From a virus, in IMG/VR virus record IMGVR_UViG_3300007775_000157, positions 13,510 through 77,509 of that record: a stretch of 64,000 bases of DNA; one strand, given 5' to 3'. A program made the position numbers and the translations under genes. Under the pieces are notes generated by a model, which saw only the letters and a list, made by a program, of their open reading frames with translations, did no database searches and was not told the origin of the DNA. Of this stretch, positions 18,943 to 27,600 are shown in pieces; position 1 is the first letter of the stretch, and each line of letters begins with the position of its first letter.

Positions 18943-19425
18943 ATGGCAACAGAACTAGCCTTGGCAAAACAATCAATGAATAAAACTATTTCTATTCTAA
19001 GAGAAAGAACGACGGGAATAGACAACAATGTCAACGATATACTCGTATCTACGGTATTCGTTTCTATAAATGGACAAAAAACAGCACTGAAAGAACTTAG
19101 TGCAATAAACCAAAATACGAAAACAAGGACAATAAGTATTATACCATATGACAGGACTATGTTACCAGAGATTACCAAAGAATTGATCCGGCAGGGATTT
19201 GACGCCTATCAATTTTCTCCAACAAATATATCTGTCAATATACCTTTGCCGTCTGGCGAAAACTACAAGAAGGTTCTTGCGCATATTAAAAGTCTTGGAG
19301 AAGAAGCCAAAGTAGCAATTCGGAATATTAGACGTAAGTATATGAAAAAATGCGACAGAGAAGAACTTCAGAAAGTAACCGATAATTCTATAAATAGAAT
19401 AGACGAAATAATAAAAAGAACTTAG
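18943..19425 (+). CDS. frr: Ribosome recycling factor homolog
   Basis: ISIIPYD, V.IPLPS.E, EEAKVAIRNIRR and LQKVTD..I..IDE. Confidence 0.88.
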   Translation: MATELALAKQSMNKTISILRERTTGIDNNVNDILVSTVFVSINGQKTALKELSAINQNTKTRTISIIPYDRTMLPEITKELIRQGFDAYQFSPTNISVNIPLPSGENYKKVLAHIKSLGEEAKVAIRNIRRKYMKKCDREELQKVTDNSINRIDEIIKRT

Positions 19426-19440
19426 CAGACTGGAGATTGT

Positions 19441-19644
19441 ATGACTAAGAAAGCGTATAGTTTTGGAGATAATAGATTAAAGAGAATTACAAGATTTTTG
19501 TATAAGTGGTTGTTCTGTGCGTGGTTACACAAAAAGAATCGTTGTAGTCCTTCTAATCCAAAAAGTTGGCATTGCACCAAGTGTCATCCGTGTGGAGAAG
19601 AATTTGATTTGGTTTCAGGAAACAAGAGAATGAGATGGTTATAA
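19441..19644 (+). CDS. Small Cys/His-rich hypothetical protein
   Basis: GGAG ribosome-binding site; C..H..C..HCTKCHPC pattern. Confidence 0.5.
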   Translation: MTKKAYSFGDNRLKRITRFLYKWLFCAWLHKKNRCSPSNPKSWHCTKCHPCGEEFDLVSGNKRMRWL

Positions 19645-19650
19645 TTGTTT

Positions 19651-19753
19651 GGGCTGGTAGCTCAATGGGTAGAGCGTCCTGCTATTCCGATGATGGCTCG
19701 TAAGAGTCAGCTTAGGTTCAGGAAGGTTGCGGGTTCGAATCCCGTCCAGCCAA
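19651..19753 (+). ncRNA. tRNA-like RNA with 37-nt structured region in place of the anticodon loop
   Basis: Canonical D arm (TAGCTCAATGGGTAGAGC), anticodon stem TCCTG/CAGGA, T arm GCGGG-TTCGAAT-CCCGT and acceptor GGCTGG/CCAGCC. Confidence 0.85.
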
Positions 19754-19883
19754 TTTAAAACACACAAAGTAAACTAGAATAGAACAAAAAAGGAAATTGC
19801 AGTTAGTAAAATACTAAGTATAGCATTTACTGTAGTCTATTTTAGAACTTACATTATGGAAAGTTGTCTATACGGGGTTTAAT

Positions 19884-20081
19884 ATGGATAAAATAGAACA
19901 AAATGTTTTGGATGGATTAATGGTAGCGTGGAATAACTTTGTTAAACTAAAATCAACACATCCAGACGACTTAAACGACTTTCGCAGATCATTGCATGAA
20001 TGTGAGCGTATTATTGGTATGCGACAATTAAGAAAAATTGATCCAGATAGGTGGATAACTTTAGAAAATGTTGATGAATGA
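19884..20081 (+). CDS. Small hypothetical protein
   Basis: Coupled to the RNA ligase gene by an ATGA overlap. Confidence 0.6.
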   Translation: MDKIEQNVLDGLMVAWNNFVKLKSTHPDDLNDFRRSLHECERIIGMRQLRKIDPDRWITLENVDE

Positions 20082-21148
20082 ATGTTATGGATCATATGAA
20101 CGCATATATCAAAGAGAGAGACGATTACGTAACTAGGGGATTGCTCAGATGCGACGATCTCGATGATCTTAGAGTCTATACATATACTAACTCGTGCAAA
20201 CATTGGGATTACATTACTATGAACAGCAGAGGCATAATTGTTAATAGGAAAACAGGTGAGATAGTATCGCAACCCTTTCCCAAGTTTTTTAACATGGGCC
20301 AAAGACAGGAGACTCAAGAACATAACCTCCCCTGGCACGAAGGTTTTAGAATTTTTGAAAAATGTGACGGATGGCTTGGAATTTTATATAGACATAACGG
20401 GCAGTATAAAATAGCTACGAGAGGGTCTTTCAAGAGTACTGGGGCTTTATGGGCTACTAAGATTCTTAATGAATGTTATCGTCTAGATGGTTTACCAGAC
20501 GAAGTAACTTTGTTGTTTGAACTTATATCTCCGTTAACTAAAATAGTTGTAGATTATGGGCAACGAGAAGATTTAGTTTTACTAGGAGCATACAATAGAC
20601 ATACAGGAGAAGAATACCAATGGGACCAAGTACAGTCGTGGGGAGAAGAGTTCGGATTCCTCACTGCAAATTCGTGGCCGAAAGAGTATCTTGGATATTG
20701 TAGGGGACTTCTAAAATCTAAACCAGGAAATGAACTTGAAGGGTTCATAATTCGTTTTGCTAATGGTCTTAGAATAAAAATAAAATCAGAAGACTACTTT
20801 AGAAGAAGTAAGATTTTACAACAAATAAATCCGCTTGGTATCTGGGACATAATGCAAAATGGTAATTTACCAGAATATATCTGGAATATGGTTGATAAGG
20901 ACTACCACGAAGATATCGAGAAAATATATCATACTCTTGCATCCAGATATCGGACCATAAGAGAAGAAATAGATAATCAATACAAGGTTTGCACAGGTGC
21001 TTCCAGTAGAAATGTTTTTGCTAAAATAGCTAAAACAATGTCCCATGCACCAGCCATGTTTTGTCTCCTAGACAAACAAGACAACAAAGTGGATGAATAT
21101 ATTATGAAAAAGATACGACCCAAAAATAATATTTTGGAGAACGAATAA
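20078..21148 (+). CDS. RNA ligase 1 (T4 RnlA-like)
   Basis: SRGII, PFPKFFN, EKCDGW, ATRGSF, FELI, EGFII and KIKSEDY. Confidence 0.9.
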   Translation: MNVMDHMNAYIKERDDYVTRGLLRCDDLDDLRVYTYTNSCKHWDYITMNSRGIIVNRKTGEIVSQPFPKFFNMGQRQETQEHNLPWHEGFRIFEKCDGWLGILYRHNGQYKIATRGSFKSTGALWATKILNECYRLDGLPDEVTLLFELISPLTKIVVDYGQREDLVLLGAYNRHTGEEYQWDQVQSWGEEFGFLTANSWPKEYLGYCRGLLKSKPGNELEGFIIRFANGLRIKIKSEDYFRRSKILQQINPLGIWDIMQNGNLPEYIWNMVDKDYHEDIEKIYHTLASRYRTIREEIDNQYKVCTGASSRNVFAKIAKTMSHAPAMFCLLDKQDNKVDEYIMKKIRPKNNILENE

Positions 21149-21489
21149 TGAATGTTGGGAAATCTGTTTGGTTAATTTATGATATAAAATGGAAATGTAT
21201 AGCTGATAGCAGTGAAAATGGATTGCCATTAATTTTTGATAACGAACTTGATGCAAAAGATGTCGCATCAGAAAGAAAGACGTGGATTGTCGTACAAGCC
21301 GACATTGTCCCAAGAGGGATAGAAGAATGTCTTGGTGAAAAAATCATAACAACTAATCTTTTATGTTTTGAATGCGGTGAAAGACCTGGGATAGAATGTG
21401 CTGGTAGAAAATTGAACGAACCAACTCGTTGCCAAATTTGTCTATACAGGTTCCTCAAAATGGACAATAATGCTGACACATTAAAATAA
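21148..21489 (+). CDS. Hypothetical protein with C-terminal Cys motifs
   Basis: Translationally coupled start; CFEC...CQIC. Confidence 0.55.
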   Translation: MNVGKSVWLIYDIKWKCIADSSENGLPLIFDNELDAKDVASERKTWIVVQADIVPRGIEECLGEKIITTNLLCFECGERPGIECAGRKLNEPTRCQICLYRFLKMDNNADTLK

Positions 21490-21537
21490 GTGACGGTAAA
21501 ACTATCCATCTAATAAAATATTGTAAAATAAATTGCT

Positions 21538-21564
21538 AAGCGACCAATATTGGTCGCTTTTTTT
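21538..21564 (+). terminator. Rho-independent terminator ending the accessory island
   Basis: Perfect palindrome AAGCGACCAATATTGGTCGCTT plus T-run. Confidence 0.85.
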
Positions 21565-21664
21565 GTGCGCATTGTGTATAAACCTAGTGATGGTGAATCT
21601 GTATAGCCTTCGTTTCTAGGTTGATTCGGAATCTATGCAGCCTTATCGTACTGGGAGGTATGAA

Positions 21665-22213
21665 ATGAGTTTAGTAACTGACAATTGGGCGAGTAATCTC
21701 AATCCTACTCCAAAAACTTTCAAGATGTATAAGACACTTTCTGTAACCGCCGTTTCTGGCTCTGCTGTTACAGATACACAGAATTTTTTCAACAAGGATT
21801 GTCCGTTTGATGTAGATGTAATTGGTTTTGAAGTTCATTCTGTTTCCGTTTCTGGTGCTGGTTTTAACGGTAGTGGATCAAATCTTACAGTAGCACTTCA
21901 AAGTTCTGATGAAGTAGATACGTCTCCTGCGCAACCGACTTCTGTTTCCTGGGACAATATTATGTCTGTTGATGCTTCTGGTAAAGTTGCAAGTACCGAC
22001 AAGATGCTTCTTCGTGCTCCAGCGAATTCTGGCGATGTCATAAATGCCAGTCTAGATAAGACATACGTTTCTGTACCTGCTGGAGGGTCTCTGAGAACGA
22101 CTTTGTCTGCACAGGCTCATGATGCTATAGGCGCGGCTGGATCAACTCCTGTACAGCTTCTGGCCATCGTAGAATGCATTCCTACTCAAGTTAAGGATCA
22201 GCGATACTTCTAG
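21665..22213 (+). CDS. Putative virion structural/decoration protein
   Basis: GGGAGGT ribosome-binding site; Ser/Ala/Thr-rich beta protein with its own GTGTATAA motif and terminator. Confidence 0.55.
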   Translation: MSLVTDNWASNLNPTPKTFKMYKTLSVTAVSGSAVTDTQNFFNKDCPFDVDVIGFEVHSVSVSGAGFNGSGSNLTVALQSSDEVDTSPAQPTSVSWDNIMSVDASGKVASTDKMLLRAPANSGDVINASLDKTYVSVPAGGSLRTTLSAQAHDAIGAAGSTPVQLLAIVECIPTQVKDQRYF

Positions 22214-22237
22214 GTCGTTAGCACAAGAACAGACTCA

Positions 22238-22277
22238 TATGGGAGCCTGGAGCTTTGCTCTGGGCTCCATTTTTTTA
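22238..22277 (+). terminator. Rho-independent terminator
   Basis: GGAGCCTGGAGC-TTT-GCTCTGGGCTCC plus T-run. Confidence 0.85.
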
Positions 22278-22355
22278 TGGTGTATAAAACGATGGATAGA
22301 CAAGGCTTCGGTCTGGATAGCAGTACCACTTTATTTGGGACTGGGAAGACATACT

Positions 22356-23441
22356 ATGAACAACGACGAAAAAGAACGAATTATTTCCAAAATAATTTGC
22401 AGTGAAACCATAGCGAACGTAAGAAGCCGGAATGGATCACTTCTATCTTTCTCCCTAAAAACCCCAACCCCAAAGCAACAAGCAAAATCTTCGTCTGTGT
22501 ACGAGAAAGCGTTTGAGCAGGCTATTCTGTCTGGATTGCTAGACAAGGAAAGTTTGCTGATTAATATGATTGAAATTGGGAGATGGACAGAAAAGAAAGA
22601 ACAAGAAATCAAAGGCTTACAGGAAGATATTTACAAGATAAGGCGTAGTCTGTTGGATTTTATATTCAATAAAACCAAGCTAGAGAAAGTACGCTCTCTT
22701 TTGCGTCGTGCTGAATCTGCATTAGTTGAAAGATTGTCTGCTAAGCATGAATTATTATCTACCAGCGCAGAGTCTCAAGCCATACTAGAACAACAAAGAT
22801 ATTTGATTAGGCATATTACATACAATGATGACGAAACTTTGGTGTGGTCAACAGATAGCAATTTTGACAATTTCGGAGATATAGGTATTATTATACAATT
22901 ATGCACATTTTTCTTTCTCGAATCGCATTTTTCTAGTAAAGTTATCAGAGAATTGGCGAGGTCACAGCAGTGGAGAAGCTACTGGGAAGTTGCTAAAGTA
23001 ACCAATCAATTGTTTGAGAATCCAGTATCTCATTGGTCTTGGAACCAGAAGGAATTAGCATATTGGTCTACTATTTACGATTCAGTCTACGAGGCGTATG
23101 AAAAACCATCAAAGTCAGTAATAGGAGACGACGACTTACTCGATTCTTGGTTCATTAGACAGACAGAAAAAAATGATAAGACCAATAAGTCCAGTTCTAT
23201 TCCTCAATCTAATAAAAGCGGTAGAAATGAAATGTTTATTATGACAGACAAAGCTGGAGCTAAAGAAGTCTACAATATGAACGATCCAGCTTCTAGGGTA
23301 CGAATAAAAGCGAAACAAAAAATGTTAGCTCAGAAAGGGTCTGTTAAAGAACAACATATGCCAGATAGTCAGAGAGAGATGCGGGAATCTTTGTTAGCAA
23401 AACAGAGTAGACATGTAAAAGACATACGTAGCAAAAGGTAA
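22356..23441 (+). CDS. Putative tail assembly chaperone (paralog of 23804-24688)
   Basis: Lies upstream of the tape measure gene. The longer ORF start runs through the terminator, so the start was moved to MNNDE. Confidence 0.5.
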   Translation: MNNDEKERIISKIICSETIANVRSRNGSLLSFSLKTPTPKQQAKSSSVYEKAFEQAILSGLLDKESLLINMIEIGRWTEKKEQEIKGLQEDIYKIRRSLLDFIFNKTKLEKVRSLLRRAESALVERLSAKHELLSTSAESQAILEQQRYLIRHITYNDDETLVWSTDSNFDNFGDIGIIIQLCTFFFLESHFSSKVIRELARSQQWRSYWEVAKVTNQLFENPVSHWSWNQKELAYWSTIYDSVYEAYEKPSKSVIGDDDLLDSWFIRQTEKNDKTNKSSSIPQSNKSGRNEMFIMTDKAGAKEVYNMNDPASRVRIKAKQKMLAQKGSVKEQHMPDSQREMRESLLAKQSRHVKDIRSKR

Positions 23442-23445
23442 TATC

Positions 23446-23820
23446 ATGACACGCAAAGAAAGAGAATTGTATAATCTTCGTGAAGACAACAGGAGGCGTC
23501 AAAATAGTAGGCTTTCTGAAGATTCTAAAGATAGATTGAAAAAAATCTCTGACAAAAAATTTAGAACCTGTTTTGTGTTTGCAATATGCGAGTTTGAAAA
23601 TGCTTTTGGAGAACAGATATGGGGACACGGGCTTGATGAATCCCAGTTAACAGAACAGCAAAAACAAAATAGAGAAAAATGGGCGAAAGTAAGGAAGAAT
23701 ATTCTCGATAAAGGCAATACTCAGTCGCGTGCTCTGAGTATGGAAATCGATTTACATAGGGTCGATTTCATGGGATATAGGATAGAATTTGGAGGAAAGT
23801 TAAATGACTCAAGAAAATGA
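23446..23820 (+). CDS. Hypothetical helical protein in tail operon
   Basis: 124 aa ORF packed between the two paralogs. Confidence 0.65.
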   Translation: MTRKERELYNLREDNRRRQNSRLSEDSKDRLKKISDKKFRTCFVFAICEFENAFGEQIWGHGLDESQLTEQQKQNREKWAKVRKNILDKGNTQSRALSMEIDLHRVDFMGYRIEFGGKLNDSRK

Positions 23821-24688
23821 ACGATTTTTTGTTCAAACTATGAACACGAATAATGAGAAGATAAAACTTACCGTTAAAATGCCAGGACATAAACTCTTAC
23901 AAGACGCACAGATGGTTTACAATGTTGCTATGACAGCTTTTATTAAACAAAGTGCTAACGGAGAAAGCTTGCTGTCAAGGGATCAACTAGAAAGATATTT
24001 GTCTGAAATTGGTGTTTGGACCCAAGATGATGCAAAGAAATTTCTACAATTACAAATAGAACTGAGAGAATGTGAATTAAAGTTAAAAACAGGGGGAATG
24101 AAAGTATCAGAAGCGAGACAGCTTGCCTTAAGGATGAAAATAAAGAGAAACATGTTATTCTCTTTGTATACAAAGCGTTCTCAGTTCGACAGTATAACGA
24201 TGGAGTCAATGGCGGAAAACAAAAAATTCAAATTTTTAATAACCAAGTGTGTATTTTATGAAGATGAAGATGTCTTGTTTTTCAAGAACATCGAAGACTA
24301 TGAGAATCGACAAGAAGAGAAAGCTGTTATAGATGTTACCACTGCTTTTGCTGGTCGGATGTATGGATATCAATCTGATCATGAATCTAATTTGACAGAA
24401 AACGAATGGTTAAAAAAATACGGTTTTTCTGATGACCAGGGACGTCTTGTTGATGATTGTGGCAGATTAGTAGATGAATCTGGTCGACTGATAGATGAAG
24501 AAGGAAGATTTATAGACCAAGATGGTAATTTTGTGGATAATCAAGGTAGGCGCATAGATCAATATGGAGAGTTTGTGATTGAAAATCCAAAACCATTTAT
24601 AGATGATCTTGGGGTAACAAAAAAAACAAGGACTACGAAAAAGAAAAAGACAAAGAAACAAAATAAAAAAATAATTACAAAGAAGTAG
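23804..24688 (+). CDS. Putative tail assembly chaperone with DxxGRL(V/I) repeats and Lys-rich tail
   Basis: Directly upstream of the tape measure gene; GGAGG ribosome-binding site. Confidence 0.5.
   Translation: MTQENERFFVQTMNTNNEKIKLTVKMPGHKLLQDAQMVYNVAMTAFIKQSANGESLLSRDQLERYLSEIGVWTQDDAKKFLQLQIELRECELKLKTGGMKVSEARQLALRMKIKRNMLFSLYTKRSQFDSITMESMAENKKFKFLITKCVFYEDEDVLFFKNIEDYENRQEEKAVIDVTTAFAGRMYGYQSDHESNLTENEWLKKYGFSDDQGRLVDDCGRLVDESGRLIDEEGRFIDQDGNFVDNQGRRIDQYGEFVIENPKPFIDDLGVTKKTRTTKKKKTKKQNKKIITKK
24431..24580 (+). repeat. Seven tandem 7-aa (21-nt) repeats DxxG(R/N)(L/F)(V/I)
   Basis: DDQGRLV DDCGRLV DESGRLI DEEGRFI DQDGNFV DNQGRRI DQYGEFV. Confidence 0.85.
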
Positions 24689-24697
24689 GTGGATTAA

Positions 24698-27600
24698 GTG
24701 GCTTTTATTATAGATGCAAATTTAAGAATTCAAAAGGTCTTAGGGCTCCAACAGGTCAAACAACAGCTTGCCAATATTCAAGTTGGTGGAATTGGACAAA
24801 TAAATAAGGTTGCTAGCGGCCTTGGACTTGTAAGCAAAAACGCTTCTGGTGCTGCTGAAAAAATCTTTTCTGCATCCAAGGCCACAAAGAATCTTGGTTC
24901 GGCTGCTGGAAAAACTGGTTCACAATTAAAAGATGGTGCCAATAAAGCGAAAAATTTTGGAGACCAAATCTTTCTAGCGGGAAAAAGATATGCCGCCTTC
25001 TTGAGCGCAACGGTTGGTGCCTTTAAGGCATTTCAATTAATTTCAGAAGGTGCAAAATCTGTTGTTGAATTTGATCAAGCACTAGTTTCCTTGGCCCAAA
25101 TAATAGGTACTACCGTTGACAATTTAGGCAATCTACGTCAACAATTTTTAGACTTATCTGTTGCTACAGGTACCAGCGCCTCTGATATTGCTAATGCGGC
25201 TAAGTTGTTGGCTCAGGCCGGATTTAGAGGGAGAGAATTAACAGAAGCTGTTGAGCAATTAGCTAAGACTCCGCTAACACCAATCTTCGAAAGTATGGAA
25301 CAAGCTGTTGCTGGTGCGGTCGCTGCACTAGAGCAATTTTCTGATGAAGGATTAACTGTCGAAACCGTCTTCGATAAACTAACAAAAGTATCTAATAATT
25401 ATGCCGCATCTTTCCCAGATATTATAGAAGGTATTAGGAGAGGTGGTTCTGCGTTTCAGGCCATAGGTGGTAATCTAGACGAATTTATCGCAGCTTTTAC
25501 AACCATACGATCTGTAACACAAGAAAGCGCATCTGCCGTAGGAACATCGCTCAAGACGATATCTAGTCGTTTGGCTGATCCAAAAATTATTGATTTTTTA
25601 CAGACTAAAAATATCAGGTTAATAGAGGAGGGTCAATTTGTTGGACCAATCGAAGCAATCAGAAGAATTGGAGAAGGTCTTGACAAAGTAAAGACCACCC
25701 AAGAGGCGGTAAACATAGCAACGCAGCTTGGTGGTAGAAGACAGATTAGTCGTTTTCTAGCTTTAGCTAAAAATGTTGATACTTTTAACGAAATTTTAGG
25801 AGTTTCTGAAACTTCTTTTGGTGAGTTTGATCGAGTTGCAGAACAGGGATTACAAGCTGTCAGCAAACAAATTGATGTTTTAATTTCTCAGGCGAAGAAA
25901 TTAGCTATAGATTTGGGTTCGGATTTATTTTTGCCTGTTATTAAAGGCCTAAACACAGCAGCCACTGCTGCAATAGGGCTTCTTGACGCATTAAAACCAA
26001 TTATTCCAGCTTTGGGAACTATCGGTGCCGCCTTCGCCGGAGGTGCTCTTTTTCGTGGTTTGAGTGCTTTTGGCGGATCACAGATAGGTCGCTTAGCTGG
26101 TCCAGCAGCTTTTTCTGCTGCTGGTGGTCGTAGAGCGGGTGTTACTGCTGGTATCACAGCCAGTCCTTTTGCTCAAGCCGGACTATTAATTGCTGCATCA
26201 GAAGCCGCTGCTTCATTGACCAAAACAGCTTTGGGAGCAGATTCATTTACTGCCACGTTAATAACATCCATAGCCAGCATTACTGCTGCCATAGCTTTGT
26301 TTCGAAATCAAACAATCGCGCAATTTGCTGCTGGTGGCGGAATTTTTACAAGTCTAGGTAAAAAGGGTATACTTGGTGGTCTAGCTGGTTCTCTTGCTAC
26401 GATTGGTACATTAGCTGTTCCTTTAGCCTTATCTCAAGCGAATAAAAGCGCCAAAGAACTCTCCGATAAAATAATTGACAGTGCAATACAATCAATATCA
26501 GAAATACAAATAGATAAAACTGATCCGAAATCAGTGACTGATGGAGTTGGCAAACTTTTTGACGTTATCACAAATAGTGTAGATGAATTGACTAACGGAG
26601 TAGATATCAAGCAAAATCCAAGTATATTGAAATTTTTTGAAGGTGTTTCTAGGGCTATTGGAAATGCTTTAGAAGGGGATTTTTCAGGGCTCGTCAGTAG
26701 GGGCGGATTAACAAGAAGAAACGTAGATAGTCAAATACAAAAATTACTCAAACAAAGTTCTCAAATTACCCAGATATTGATTGACAATATTGCAGCAGAC
26801 CTTGGTGATTCCGCGCAACAAATAGCAAGACCGGGAAGGGTTCAGTTAATACAGCAGGGCGTACAAAATGGATTAACAGTTGAAGAATCTGCGCAATTTG
26901 CTTCTTCTATAATAGAATCTGTTGGAGGAATAGATGCATGGACAGAGAAAATTAGGAAAAGTGCTGAGACTATTGCCAAAGAGACCAAAGAAAGAGAAAA
27001 GGTTTCTAATCTTGTAAAGAACTTTCTCCCAAATAGATTAGTTGGACAACTTTCGCAGTTCTCAAAAGCTGTTGATAAGACAGTTAACAGTATCAATAAT
27101 TCTGCCCAATTGTTTCAGTCTCAAATTGCTGAGATAGCCGGTGGTATTAGAGCACCTTCATTTGATTTTCAATTTAATGATTTGCAGGTCAAAGATTTGA
27201 TCCAGACTGGTGGTCTTAATGATTTATTTCAATTTACGCCAGATATACCTAAGTTTGTTGGAGCCTTTTCTGAGATAGAAAACTTGTTAGATCAATTCGT
27301 TTTGAGTGTTAGCAATGTTTCTGTTCCTAATGTAGACATATCTTCTACTATAGATCAATTTTTTGCTTCTCAGAGCAATGTTCCCCAAACTGTGAGGGAT
27401 AATTTTGAAGAATTTTTCACCACAATAGGCAATGATCTGGCCAGCGTATCTACTGGTAAATTTATAGACGCCAACAAGATTAAGGAAAGATTCAGAGAAG
27501 AGTTTCAAGATATTGGTGCTGGCGCAACAGATTCTGTTGTTCAGTCCGTGAGAGGATTTTTGCAAGCGACGTTTAAGCAAATAGAAGATGAAGCCAATAG

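Noticed and set aside
19686-19715. CCGATGA-stem-loop resembling a hammerhead ribozyme core
   Set aside because: The core requires CUGANGA and GAAA after stem II; here it is CCGATGA and GCTT.
22239-22355. Hydrophobic N-terminal extension of ORF 22239-23441
   Set aside because: It overlaps a terminator and promoter motif; the true start is more likely at 22356.
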